A DNA stretch of 50,871 bases from Nemertoderma westbladi (Eukaryota; Animalia; Xenacoelomorpha). The translations under genes and the position numbers were made by a program. Shown piece after piece: positions 1 through 13,477 of the stretch; position 1 is the first letter of the stretch, and the number at the start of each line of letters is the position of its first letter. The stretch is taken from the NCBI GenBank assembly GCA_032718475.1, contig JAUCBJ010003485.1, forward strand, positions 1 through 50,871. Reading direction: 5' to 3'. The notes below the pieces were generated by a model. It had not been told where the DNA came from. It saw only the letters and a list, made by a program, of their open reading frames with translations, and searched no databases.

Positions 1-1088
1 CATATAAATTTTGGCAGGTTAAACTGCTAAAGGTCTTCAAAAGCGCGTACAAATACTGAAATACAGTACAGCAGTACTACTGTACAGCAATACTACAGTA
101 CACTAATAAACTATTCAATTTTCCCGCTCATCTGTACATAAGTAAGATGATTTTATACAGAAGTAAGATCTCCAATACCTATGAGTGTTGAAGGTCAATG
201 TCGCCTTGCTTGGTAAAGGTTCAGCGTTCAGATAGATGTATTGGAAATAAATTATTATAGTTATTCATTTGCACGAATCGCGCCATATTGTAACAATGCA
301 GCCACATTTACTATGACGTTCACGCAAGAGTTACGATAACATACTGTAGGTAAATTTTTGTGCAACACTACTTCATACTTTTCTAAAATAAATAATTAAA
401 AGCAATAAATCAACATTGGAATATTGTGAATCAAACGACAGGTTGTAATCCACCAGTTCTTTGGAATGATAATTGCTGACAGGTGAAAAAGACACACAAC
501 TACAATGTACACAAAAACCTACTGTATAAAGTTCTGGCCAATATGAAGCATACCAGTTTTTCTGCTGTTACTGTATATTCCACTTTGCAATTCACCCCAT
601 GTGACGAATACTAAAATGGTTTACACTAAAACGTCAGGTTACAGAACTGCAGAAGCACGGAATCTAACCAAAACAATAAACGAATTGTGATCTGTATAGG
701 TTCTTAAACGCGCCAGATCTCGCGGTCAGCCATATACACTTTCATATTTCATACTTATCCCCAAGCCCTGTCCTCTTGGGCAGGCGTCGTTGACTGTCCA
801 CCACGTCTATTCTCACCAGCAGGCTGCCCAGGTTGATCCCGCAGACGGAAACAGTGATCAGCAAGATTCGGGCGCTCTTCTGTAGGGCGGTGCTGGGTTT
901 TGGCAATGAGATCATAAGTATGGATTAGTGTTTAGTGCGGTATGTTTATAATTAATTATTTATAATATAAAACTTTATAACATCGGCAGTTTACAAGAGC
1001 TGGTGGAAGTAAAACGAGTCAGAGAGGGAGACGGGAGTTCGGGTTATTAAAAACTAAAATCGAAACAGTTTGAGTAATTTTTTCCCTA

Positions 1089-2106
1089 TAGGCGAGTCAA
1101 TCTAGCCGAAAAAGGGGGTTAACCCATAAAAAATTCGCAATTCATCCAAACCAATTTTTTTTATTCTACATTACCTTGTTAATACCCCCAAAAAAGTCTA
1201 TAAAAATATATTATGCGGATCACCATCAATTTCCTGTTTCTTTCCTTAGAAACATGGATTTTACATAGCAACAAGGGTTCTACTGGTGGGATTTTCTCCA
1301 AATTTGGTACAGACAAACTTTACTCTAATGACTATCGATTGACAGAAGTACAGTATGCACTTCTACTGTATATAGTTACCAATTTAGTTTCTAGAGCAGC
1401 GGAAATTTGTCTAATAATTTAACCATTTTTAATACCAATTTTGCTGGTACAATATAAAGACCTTATTTACACAACTTCTCTACTAAACGGGTGGATGTAC
1501 TGTAACCTCGCCTATCGGATTTATCGACCTCAAAATCCCTTATCCCCAAAAAATTTATTTGTTATAGGATAAACTATTGTGTTTTTCAAACCAAAACAAA
1601 TAAACAAATTACACCTAAAATCAATAGAGCAATCACAATTTAATTATGTGAAAAATCTTCAGTAACATTAATGGAAATTATGAAACTTCCTTGCAGTGGA
1701 ATTGTATAATTTTTTTACAACGGTTACCTTAATATATCGTGAAGTTTTTGATATATTTAAAAATTTGATGCGACTTCTAGTTTCTGAGATATAGCAATTA
1801 ATGTGTAACACGCCAGTGTAAATATTACTAATTTCCCATTGAATCACAGCTTATTGTGAAATTAATTAAATTATTCTGGAACAACACCAATTTGCTACTT
1901 ACTTTTCCCTACTGTTCCTTTTGTTTGGCTTGAGTTATGCAAATTTACGCAGAATTTCCATGAATAAACATAAGATCCGCAAAATAAAATTTTATAGACT
2001 TTTTTTGGTCATTAATAAAGTACTGTAATATACTGTAGAATCCAAAATGTGTGGTTCGGATTGATTGCGAAATACTTATGGGTTTTTTGCTAGATTGACT
2101 CGACTA
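1089..2106. mobile_element. Non-autonomous DNA element with long imperfect terminal inverted repeats
   Basis: TAGGCGAGTCAATCTAGC at 1089 is inverted at ~2089-2106 (GCTAGATTGACTCGACTA). Similarity continues ~120 bp inward (AAAAAAGTCTATAAAA / TTTTATAGACTTTTTT). No clear TSD. Confidence 0.6.
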
Positions 2107-2389
2107 CTAGAGGAGTGCTTGGATTCGCAGCAGTTTGAAGAACTTTTAATACTAAATATAAAAAACTCAAAATTCAAGTAGGTTTGAGTGTTTCTGTATA
2201 ATTGTCTGTTTGTTGGAACTTATAACACTCACTCGATGCTAATTACAAGTGTATTAAGCTTTTCTACGCAGAAAATAAGGGCTAGAAATTAACCCAGAAA
2301 TTAAGATTTTGGAGGACTAGAACGCAAAGCAACACCACGTGACAATTTACATCAACAACAAATATTATTAACCAGCTAATGTATAGTCA

Positions 2390-2506
2390 ATGGGAGATAA
2401 AAATAAAATAAAAATATTGAGGGTCTTTAGCTGGTTATATTAAATTAAATATAGATATCACCAGGTAAAGACCCTCAATATTTTATTTTATTTCTGATCA
2501 TCCCAT
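2390..2506. mobile_element. Small hairpin (MITE-like) element
   Basis: AAAATATTGAGGGTCTTTAGCTGG ... CCAGGTAAAGACCCTCAATATTTT inverted arms with a ~26-nt spacer. Confidence 0.5.
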
Positions 2507-3334
2507 ACACACACATGTTACCGCTGGTACATGTCTACAACTTCATCCGTTCGTTTAGTCTATATGGAGGGAGTGCGAGTAGGCCTGCTGTAGTATATCT
2601 TATGCAAAGCTGCTCAATGTGAATTAGCTATTCTGAACCTGAGGGAAATTTCCCCAGATGCTTCTACTGTATATCTAAAGCTTAAATTGTGTATATATGT
2701 ATGTATGTGTTGTATGTTTGTGTAGCGCGCGAAGCGCGCCTGGCTTGCTATGCTAGTGTAGTGGTTACGAATGTCATAAAACCGTCATAACTGAGAATAA
2801 TATTTGGAATCCCATAAAGTATGCCTAACGAATTTGGAACATACGTGGGCGTCACAAAGAATAATCGAAGGCATTGGAGATACCCACAAATATGACAGCC
2901 AACTCTCCGTCTTTCTTTGTAGCCATCTGTTCAATATTCTTTCGAAGTTCTAGAATGGGCACCAAGGTATAACCCATTCTGGTATTTGCAATAATAATTT
3001 TCGAAACCCATTCTGGTTCCCACGCAACAGTCGTTTTAAAGATTTCAATAATGCGATTTATAGTACTATTCGGTTGAGTAATTTTGCACCAATCCAAAAA
3101 TTTAAAACTGCAAGACTAAATGCACGACATGAGACAGAATAGTCGAGAACAACACGGTACCGTACACGCGCTTCCTGCTAACGGACAGTAGATTATCTAC
3201 AAATAGGTTGTACAGTACAGTGTAGTACAGTACATTGAATCCTTTCTTTAATAATTGGAAAATAAATTTACGTGCTCTGGTTACTGGGGAAACCTAGTTC
3301 TGAAATAAGTCGTTGGGTTATGTAATTCAGTAAC

Positions 3335-3706
3335 CGAAAACTCTATAATTGCCAATATTTCGATCGATATAATAATATAACTTTATTTATTTGTGTGGAA
3401 TTAATTTCTCACTATCAAATCGCCAGGCGACATATTTTCTAACTTTATATCGCAGTGCGACATTATTTATCAGTATGTCCCTACGCCATACATTTTACTA
3501 TGTATTTCCAGTTCATCCAGTATGTCACCGCGTCATTATTTGTTGTTCTAGAAAGTTTAAAGCCATTGTTCATAATTAGAACATTAAAGCTTTTACCGCC
3601 CACTTTCTATTATTTCCCTCGCTATAAAGTGCTATTTTACATATGAACAATGACGTATGTAGTTAATATTATATCGGTCGAAATATTGGCAATTATAAAG
3701 TTTTCG
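3335..3706. mobile_element. MITE with ~45-bp terminal inverted repeats
   Basis: CGAAAACTCTATAATTGCCAATATTTCGATCGATATAATA is inverted as TATTATATCGGTCGAAATATTGGCAATTATAAAGTTTTCG. Confidence 0.6.
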
Positions 3707-3976
3707 TGAGAAACTGGCTGTTTATGTTGCTAAAACAAGTTGCTATGGGTGTGAGGCCAGCCTAAGTCACATTTAAGTAGGCCTTTCAGTAGGTAGTTCT
3801 AGAACATGTTTGATATTATGATATTAAACAATTAAAACTTTAAGTCAGTTTAATTTTGGCTGTATAACAATATGTGTAGACCTAGACCTACATAAATAAA
3901 TGCGTTAAAATATTCCAAATAGTGACACTGAATAAAGCTGCAAATTTCGGGACGCGGATGTTTAGCGAAGTAGTTC

Positions 3977-4900
3977 CTATCTGCCTTTCTTGCGAGATTT
4001 TATCTTCTTCTTTTTGTTTCCGCTTGCGACCCGGGTTGGAGGGGAATACGACTCGGTTAGAGGCTGGCCGTCGCGATAAGGACTCCGTAACAACGGGTCC
4101 CTACTGGCGTCGGGTAAACTCGATGCGTCCGCAACGCTCTCGCAGCCCAAACACAAACGACACGTCGCCAGACATGACGTCACCACGGACAAGCACCCGT
4201 CGCATTCCGTTCTCATGGTCACCACGGAGTCCTCCCTATCTCGGTTGCAGAACATGTAAATAGTTGTGCAGGTACACAGCGTACCAATAAATAGGCAAAC
4301 ATTGACCAGGGCAGCTATAAGCACTACTTTGTCGCGAGAGTAACATGTTCTAGAATTATCGTGTATTGGTACGGGGTAAGGCGGTCTAGGTATACTCGTG
4401 TCGGGATTGTCCATCACTAAATGCGAACTATATTGAAATGGTAGATCATCTAACGCCTTATCCATTACTAAATGCTGAAATTCTCGTTTATCTGAGGCCC
4501 CCGCTCCCAAAGATCTTTCGTTTTCAGAACCAAAAATATTTTCGATATAAAATCTTCTCATTCTCTTGTTGAAGAGTTCCCTAAATTTTCTGCGTTTTAC
4601 CGGGTCCTCCATAAGAGTAATAAGTTTTTGTGTTCGCATATCGTAGTTGTAGAACTGATCCAGACCTTGGGGACTGCGTGTGTCTACTGTCTGGCCGTCG
4701 GTACCGACTATCATAAGACCTTTGGAGTTAAGTCGTGGTGCGTTTAGGTTGCTAGGCATTATGTCATTCGCCATCCGCAACAATTGCCTTTTTCCGCTCC
4801 CCAATGAAAAATCGATAGACATAACGTCAACAGCCATACAAATGGAGGGAAGGTGATAATTCAATACTTGGAGTAATAGGAATATAAAAAACAGACGCAT
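3977..4900 (-). CDS. Uncharacterised single-exon 307-aa protein: signal peptide, dibasic sites, one TM helix, Cys-rich juxtamembrane region, basic C-terminal tail
   Basis: ATG-initiated 307-codon ORF, more GC-rich than its flanks. Hydrophobic N-terminus MRLFFIFLLLQVL; TM-like VVLIAALVNVCLFIGTLCTCTTIYMFC. No family recognised. Confidence 0.7.
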   Translation of the reverse strand: MRLFFIFLLLQVLNYHLPSICMAVDVMSIDFSLGSGKRQLLRMANDIMPSNLNAPRLNSKGLMIVGTDGQTVDTRSPQGLDQFYNYDMRTQKLITLMEDPVKRRKFRELFNKRMRRFYIENIFGSENERSLGAGASDKREFQHLVMDKALDDLPFQYSSHLVMDNPDTSIPRPPYPVPIHDNSRTCYSRDKVVLIAALVNVCLFIGTLCTCTTIYMFCNRDREDSVVTMRTECDGCLSVVTSCLATCRLCLGCESVADASSLPDASRDPLLRSPYRDGQPLTESYSPPTRVASGNKKKKIKSRKKGR

Positions 4901-6757
4901 TTCAATAATTAATATCCTGAATGAACTATTGTATTGAACTATATTGTATTGTGTATTAATAAGAAATAAAGGGTGTTACAAAACATACAGTAGTTAAGTT
5001 TTTTGTTATATTATAACTCTTCAACATCGATGTCAGATAATTGCCAGAAAACACAAACTGAACAGAAAAAAAACTATCACTATCGACTATCATTATTTAA
5101 ATCTCATTTTATACTACAGTAGAGTATGTACAGTATTTGGGAGGGGGGGGGGGGGGTCCGCGTCGTCAGAAAATTACAAACTGTATTATTACGGCTATAC
5201 AGTATAACGGAAAGAATACGAACTCACGTAGGTCCTACAGAAATTGAAGAGTTTAAATAAACAAGACCGTTAGCGTTATGTTTTGCGAGCACCCTGTATT
5301 TCACCATCAATCAAGTAGGAGTTGCTTGTATGTAGCAGTGTGTATAAAATAAAATTAAAAATTGCGATTTGTCCTAATTTCAAAAACAACTCAATTAATT
5401 CCTAGCTAGGATTGATACAAAAAAATATTAATTAAGTTAATTTGGAGAGTTACCATAGAAAAGCACCGCGTTATCAGCATAATAATGATTAAATTTCCCA
5501 GTTGCCTCGCTTGGGGGCGTAATGATTTAAAAAAAAATAGTCCCACCGATTCCTGTCCAGCGCGTTGTTATAGCGACACTCATCAGCAACGCTGCTGCTT
5601 CTGTTGTTTGGAGCTGAGTGGCTCGGCCCAGGAGAGTGTATGACATAACGGTGGTTAATAATATTCTACGGTGGACATTTACAAGAAGGCTGATAGATGA
5701 GTTGGAACAACTGAGTAATCGAAACAGAATAACGCGAAATCAATAACAGCTTATTAATAGAAACTAAAGTGCATAAGTTATTAAACTTTATTGTTAATTA
5801 ACTAATTAATTAAAACGTTTTCACAGGCATCCAACCTGAGTCTGAGTAGTCTGGGTAACTAATCGATCACATAATTTACATATTGAAGGGGAGATGTGGT
5901 TCAACACACCGAAGAAAATATAATTTTTGAGCAAACAGAGTGGAACTTTCGACGCAAAACCTACGAAGAAAATCACAGCTGTTTACTCCCAAAAATACAA
6001 TTGTAACCTCTTCTTAGTTTATTGTTTTGGTTAGAATAACGCATCGATGTAATCTGCTCCTTCCCCTTGATTTACAATGTAACAATAAGACAAGATATCA
6101 GGGGGGTGTACACCTCGTGTCAAGATTTCAAATGTTATCTAGAGCAGAATTTAAATCTGAAAATCTTTTAGTTCTCTAAATATCGCTGTTTTTCCGAATG
6201 ATGTTCTGTCCGTCAAACTGTAAGAGAGACAGAGAACCGACAGATAGACAGATCGTCTAGATTCCACCAAACATTGGAAATGAAATCAGCGACACCGGAA
6301 AACCCCGTAATTACAATTTTAGCGCGGTGGGGTGCTCCCTTCGTGTCAGACATTATTAACTAAACAGACCCCAAACATACGGTTTTGCGCGGGAAGGTTT
6401 AAACTTTAAGGGAATTATATGCAATTAAATTTTCATTTTTAAATACTACACCTCAGCCATAAGCAATTTTCTTTATTTTTTGATCATTCGGAAGGGTTTC
6501 GGCAGTTCTATAAAAACGTTATCTTATCAAAGTTTGATAATCATTTCCATTTTGTGAAATTATCCGACTTTAAATAAAAAGTTATAAATAATTTATATAA
6601 TTAACTTAATTATATCTTAATTATATAATAAATTTATATATATGTTTCTAAATATTAATATGATGACTACATTTACTTAATGTATATATATTAATATATT
6701 GTACTGGAACTAGGGAATCGGTGAATGTCTAATAAAAAGAATGAAAATTACGGGCAG

Positions 6758-8702
6758 GAGGTAATAAAAGAGAGTTTAAATGGTCAGGTAATAAAAGAGA
6801 GTTTAAAAGGTCAGGTAATAAAAGAGAGTTTAAAAGGTCAGGTAATAAAAGAGAGTTTAAAAGGTCAGGTAATAAAAGAGGGTTAAAAAGGTCAGGTAAT
6901 ATATGAGAGTTTAAAAGGTCAGGTAATAAAATAGAGTTTAAAAGGTCAGGTAATAAAAGAGAGTTTAAAAGGTCAGGTAATAAAAGAGAGTTTAAAAGGC
7001 CAGGTAATAAAAGAGAGTTTAAAAGGTCAGGTAATAAAAGAGGGTTAAAAAGGTCAGGTAATATATGAGAGTTTAAAAGGTCAGGTAATAAAATAGAGTT
7101 TAAAAGGTCAGGTAATAAAAGAGAGTTTAAAAGGTCGGGTAATAAAAGAGAGTTTAAATGGTCAGGTAATAAAAGAGAGTTTAAAAGGTCAGGTAATAAA
7201 AGAGAGTTTAAAAGGTCGGGTAATAAAAGAGAGTTTAAAAGGTCAGGTAATAAAAGAGAGTTTAAAAGGTCAGGTAATAAAATAGAGTTTAAAAGGTCAG
7301 GTAATAAAAGAGAGTTTAAAAGGTCAGGTAATGAAAGAGAGTTTACAAGGTCAGGTAATAAAAGAGAGTTTAAAAGGTCAGGTAATGAAAGAGAGTTTAA
7401 AAGCACAGGTAATAAAAGAGAGTTTAAAAGGTCAGGTAATAAAAGAGAGTTTAAAAGGTCAGGTAATAAAAGAGAGTTTAAAAGGTCAGGTAATGAAAGA
7501 GAGTTTAAAAGGTCAGGTAATAAAAGAGAGTTTAAAAGGTCAGGTAATAAAAGAGAGTTTATAAGGTCGGGTAATGAAAGAGAGTTTAAAAGGTCAGGTA
7601 ATAAAAGAGAGTTTAAAAGGTCAGGTAATGAAAGAGAGTTTAAAAGGTAAGGTAATAAAACAGAGTTTAAAAGGTCAGGTAATATATGAGAGTTTAAAAG
7701 GTCAGAAAATAAAAGAGAGTTTAAAAGGTCAGGTAATAAAAGAGCGTTTAAAAGGTCAGGTAATGAAAGAGAGTTTAAAAGGTCAGGTAATAAAAGGGAG
7801 CTTAAAAGGTCAGATAAAAAAAGAGAGTTTACAAGATCAGGTAATAAAAGAGAGTTTAAAAGGTCAGGTAATGAAAGAGAGTTTACAAGGTCAGGTAATA
7901 AAAGAGAGTTTAAAAGGTCAGGTAATGAAAGAGAGTTTAAAAGGTCAGGTAATAAAAGAGAGTTTAAAAGGTCAGGTAATAAAAGAGAGTTTAAAAGGTC
8001 AGGTAATAAAAGAGAGTTTAAAAGGTCAGGTAATAAAACAGAGTTTAAAAGGTCAGATAATAAAAGAGAGTTTAAAAGGTCAGGTAATGAAAGAGAGTTT
8101 ACAAGGTCAGGTAATAAAAGAGAGTTTAAAAGGTCAGGTAATGAAAGAGAGTTTAAAAGGTCAGGTAATAAAAGAGAGTTTAAAAGGTCAGGTAATAAAA
8201 GAGAGTTTAAAAGGTCAGGTAATATAAGAGAGTTTAAAAGGTCAGATAATAAAAGAGAGTTTAAAAGGTCAGGTAATGAAAGAGAGTTTACAAGGTCAGG
8301 TAATAAAAGAGAGTTTAAATGGTCTGGTAATAAAAGAGAGTTTAAAACGTCAGGTAATATAAGAGAGTTTAAAAGGTCAGGTAATAAAAGATAGTTTAAA
8401 AGGTCAGGTAATAAAAGAGAGTTTAAAAGGTCAGGTAATGAAAGAGAGTTTACAAGGTCAGGTAATAAAAGAGAGTTTAAAAGGTCAGGTAATGAAAGAG
8501 AGTTTAAAAGGTCAGGTAATAAAAGAGAGTTTAAAAGGTCAGGTAATAAAAGAGAGTTTAAAAGGTCAGATAATAAAAGAGAGTTTCAAAGGTCAGGTAA
8601 TAAAAGAGAGTTTAAAAGGTCAGGTAATAAAATAGAGTTTAAAAGGTCAGGTAATAAAAGAGAGTTTAAAAGGTCAGATAATAAAAGAGAGTTTCAAAGG
8701 TC
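6758..8702 (+). repeat. 27-bp minisatellite, ~72 copies (AGGTCAGGTAATAAAAGAGAGTTTAAA)
   Basis: Directly visible. Explains the QVIKESLKG and LLLPDLLNS ORFs. Confidence 0.97.
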
Positions 8703-9327
8703 GGACGCGATGAAACAAATGGCAGTGAAATGAAATATAAAGACAATAAAAACACTTTGAGTTCTGGAAAGGTCTAAAAAGTAAATAGAATAACTAAAAA
8801 TAAAAATGGTGGTCCATCCAAGGATGTTGCCCATTTAATTAATTAATTAAGACTTACTGTAAATGGTTAATTAAAAAGTCTATAAGATACCTTTTGTCTC
8901 AGATTCGATGGGCGCTAAGTCCAAAAAAGTGGATTGCAAGAAATTTTTACTAAGAAGATTGAGGGAGAAGTGCCGTTTTAGTGAAATCTTGAATTCCGCC
9001 GCCAGCCGGTGGTAGGGGGAAGCAATACATTGTCAAATTTTCATATATATAGAGACTATTTGGCCTTCCCCATAAGCAGTTATATTAAGCTCTGACCCTA
9101 ATTGAGAGCCATTTTAAAAAATAAAAATATATTAAATTCACTGGATTCTACATAGATAACTATATTCCTTATCAATATTGTCACTCTCCCTCCATATATG
9201 TACTGGTACTATGATCTGCTCAATTAGCCAAGCACTACAATATTGACAAGCATTGGAATATGTATTTCAAAATTGTAATTACAAATATCCTAAACGGTGT
9301 AGATGTAATAACATGATATTGTTAGAT

Positions 9328-12300
9328 ACAGTCAACTACCCATTGTTAAGAACAGTTAACTGCCCATTGTTATTAACAGTTAACTAACCATTGTTAATAA
9401 CAGTTAACTAACCATTGTTATTAACAGTCAAAAGCCCATTGTTATTGATAGTTAACGGCCCATTGTTATTAACAGTTAACTGCCCATTGTTATTAACAGT
9501 TAACGGCCCATTGTTATTAACAGTTGACGTCCCATTGTTATTGATAGTTAACGGCCCATTGTTATTAACAGTTAACGGCCCATTGCTATTAACAGTTAAC
9601 GGCCCATTGCCAAGATCAGTTAACTAGCCATTGTTATTAACAATTAACTAGCCATTGTTATTAACAGTTAACTGTCCATTGTTATTAACAGTTAAATGCC
9701 CATTGTTATTAACAGTTAACGTCCAATTGCCAAGATCAGTTAACTAGCCATTGTTATTAACAGTTAACAGCCCATTGTTATTAACAGTTAACTGCACATT
9801 GTTAATAACAGTTAACTAGCCAATGTTATTAATAGTTAATGTCTCATTGTCAAGAACAGTTAACTAGCCATTGTTAATAACAGTTAAATGCCCATTGTTA
9901 TTAACAGTTAACGTCCAATTGCCAAGATCAGTTAACTAGTCATTGTTAACAGTTAACGGCCCATTGCCAAGATCAGTTAACTAGCCATTGTTATTAACAG
10001 TTAACGTCCCATTGTTCTTAAAAGTTAACGGCCCATTGTTATTAACAGTTAACGGCCCAATGTCATAGATCAGGTTAACTAGCCATTGTTATTAACAGTT
10101 AACGGCCCATTGTTATTAAAAGTTAACGGCCCATTGTTATTAACAGTTAACGGCCCAATGTCAAGATCAGTTAACTAGCCATTATTATTAACAGTTAACG
10201 TCCCATTGTCAAGATCAGTTAACTAGCCATTATAAAGGTTAACTAGCCATTGTTATTAACAGTTAACGGCCCATTGTCAAGATCAGTTAACTAGCCATTG
10301 TTATTAACAGGTTAACTAGCCCATTGTTATTAACAGTTAACGGCCCATTGTTATTAGATCAGTTAACGGCCCATTGTTATTAACAGTTAACGGCCCAATG
10401 TCAAGATCAGTTAACTAGCCATTATTATTAACAGTTAACGTCCCATTGTCAAGATCAGTTAACTAGCCATTATAAAGGTTAACTAGCCATTGTTATTAAC
10501 AGTTAACGGCCCATTGTTATTAAAAGTTAACGGCCCATTGTTATTAACAGTTAACGGCCCAATGTCAAGATCAGTTAACTAGCCATTATTATTAACAGTT
10601 AACGTCCCATTGTCAAGATCAGTTAACTAGCCATTATAAAGGTTAACTAGCCATTGTTATTAACAGTTAACAGCCCATTGTTATTAACAGTTAACTGCAC
10701 ATTGTTAATAACAGTTAACTAGCCAATGTTATTAATAGTTAATGTCTCATTGTCAAGAACAGTTAACTAGCCATTGTTAATAACAGTTAAATGCCCATTG
10801 TTATTAACAGTTAACGTCCAATTGCCAAGATCAGTTAACTAGTCATTGTTAACAGTTAACGGCCCATTGCCAAGATCAGTTAACTAGCCATTGTTATTAA
10901 CAGTTAACGTCCCATTGTTATTAAAAGTTAACGGCCCATTGTTATTAACAGTTAACGGCCCAATGTCAAGATCAGTTAACTAGTCATTGTTAACAGTTAA
11001 CGGCCCATTGCCAAGATCAGTTAACTAGCCATTGTTATTAACAGTTAACGGCCCATTGTTATTAACAGTTAACGGCCCAATGTCAAGATCAGTTAACTAG
11101 TCATTGTTAACAGTTAACGGCCCATTGCCAAGATCAGTTAACTAGCCATTGTTATTAACAGTTAACGGCCCATTGTTATTAACAGTTAACGGCCCAATGT
11201 CAAGATCAGTTAACTAGCCATTATTATTAACAGTTAACGTCCCATTGTCAAGATCAGTTAACTAGCCATTATAAAGGTTAACTAGCCATTGTTATTAACA
11301 GTTAACGGCCCATTGTTATTAAAAGTTAACGGCCCATTGTTATTAACAGTTAACGGCCCAATGTCAAGATCAGTTAACTAGTCATTGTTATTAACAGTTG
11401 ACGCCCCATTGTCAAGATCAGTTAACTAGCCATTATAAAGGTTAACTAGCCATTGTTATTAACAGTTAACGGCCCATTGTTATTAACAGTTAACGGCCCA
11501 ATGTCAAGATCAGTTAACTAGCCATTGTTATTAAAAGTTAACGGCCCATTGTCAAGATCAGTTAACTAGCCATTATAAAGGTTAACTAGCCATTGTTATT
11601 AACAGTTAACTAGCCATTGTTATTAACAGTTGACGTCCCATTGTCAAGATCAGTTAACTAGCCATTATAAAGGTTAACTAGCTATTGTTATTAACAGTTA
11701 ACTAGCCATTGTTATTAACAGTTGACGCCCCATTGTCAAGATCAGTTAACTAGCCATTATAAAGGTTAACTAGCCATTGTTATTAACAGTTAACTAGCCA
11801 TTGTTATTAACAGTTGACGTCCCATTGCCAAGATCAGTTAACTAGCCATTGTTATTAAAAGTTAACGGCCCATTGTTATTAACAGTTAACGGCCCAATGT
11901 GAAGATCAGTTAACTAGCCATTGTTATTAACAGTTGACGTCCCATTGTCAAGATCAGTTAACTAGCCATTATAAAGGTTAACTAGCCATTGTTATTAAAA
12001 GTTAACGGCCCATTGTTATTAACAGTTAACGGCCCAATGTCAAGATCAGTTAACTAGCCATTGTTATTAACAGTTGACGTCCCATTGTCAAGATCAGTTA
12101 ACTAGCCATTATAAAGGTTAACTAGCCATTGTTATTAACAGTTAACTAGCCATTGTTATTAACAGTTGACGTCCCATTGTCAAGATCAGTTAACTAGCCA
12201 TTATAAAGGTTAACTAGCCATTGTTATTAACAGTTAACTAGCCATTGTTATTAACAGTTGACGTCCCATTGCCAAGATCAGTTAACTAGCCATTGTTATT

Positions 12301-13477
12301 AAAAGTTAACGGCCCATTGTTATTAACAGTTAACGGCCCAATGTCAAGATCAGTTAACTAGCCATTGTTATTAACAGTTGACGTCCCATTGTCAAGATCA
12401 GTTAACTAGCCATTATAAAGGTTAACTAGCCATTGTTATTAACAGTTAACGGCCCATTGTTATTAAAAGTTAACGGCCCAATGTCAAGATCAGTTAACTA
12501 GCCATTGTTATTAACAGTTGACGTCCCATTGTCAAGATCAGTTAACTAGCCATTATAAAGGTTAACTAGCCATTGTTATTAACAGTTAACGGCCCATTGT
12601 TATTAAAAGTTAACGGCCCATTGTTATTAACAGTTAACGGCCCAATGTCAAGATCAGTTAACTAGCCATTGTTATTAACAGTTGACGTCCCATTGTCAAG
12701 ATCAGTTAACTAGCCATTATAAAGGTTAACTAGCCATTCTTATTAACAGTTAACTGCAATTGTTATCAACAGTTAACGCCCGTTGTCAAGATCAGTTAAC
12801 TAGCCATTGTTATAAACAGTTAACTAGCCATTGTTATTAACAGTTAACTAGCCATTGTTATTAACAGTTAACGTCCCATTGTCAAGATCAGTTAACTAGC
12901 CATTGTTATTAAAAGTTAACGTCCCATTGTCAAGATCAGTTAACTAGCCATTATAAAGGTTAACTAGCCATTGTTATTAACAGTTAACTAGCCATTGTTA
13001 TTAACAGTTAACGTCCCATTGTCAAGATCAGTTAACTAGCCATTATAAAGGTTAACTAGCCATTGTTATTAACAGTTAACGTCCCATTGTCAAGATCAGT
13101 TAACTAGCCATTATAAAGGTTAACTAGCCATTGTTATTAACAGTTAACTGCAATTGTTATTAACAGTTAACTGCCCATTGTCAAGAACAGTTAACTAGCC
13201 ATTGTTAAGGTTAACTAGCCATTGTTATTAACAATTAACGTCCAATTGCCAAGAATAGTTAACGGCCCATTGTCAAGATCAGTTAACTAGCCATTATTAA
13301 GAACAGTTAACTACACATTGTTATTAACAGTTAACGTCCCATTGTCAAGATCAGTTAACTAGCCATTATAAAGGTTAACTAGCCATTGTTATTAACAGTT
13401 AACTGCCCATTGTCAAGAACAGTTAACTAGCCATTGTTAAGTACAGTTAACTACCCATTGTTATTAACAGTTAACTA
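9328..13477. repeat. ~24-bp minisatellite (CCATTGTTATTAACAGTTAACGGC/TAG, with 20-21-bp variants), ~4.15 kb
   Basis: Directly visible. GTTAAC in nearly every unit; 8-aa periodicity in the spurious ORF LLLTVNGP. Confidence 0.97.

Noticed and set aside
751-915. GC-rich patch beginning ATACTTA (U1-like start) or a possible exon
   Set aside because: No further U1 similarity. One minus-strand frame (LADHCFRLRDQP) looks more like a decayed LINE end; too weak to call.
5560-5592. CTGATGAG on the minus strand as another hammerhead
   Set aside because: No properly placed GAAA or closing stems.
6729-8635. Repetitive ORFs LLLPDLLNS and QVIKESLKG (LRR- or coiled-coil-like)
   Set aside because: By-products of a 27-bp unit; interrupted by stops and with no unique domain.
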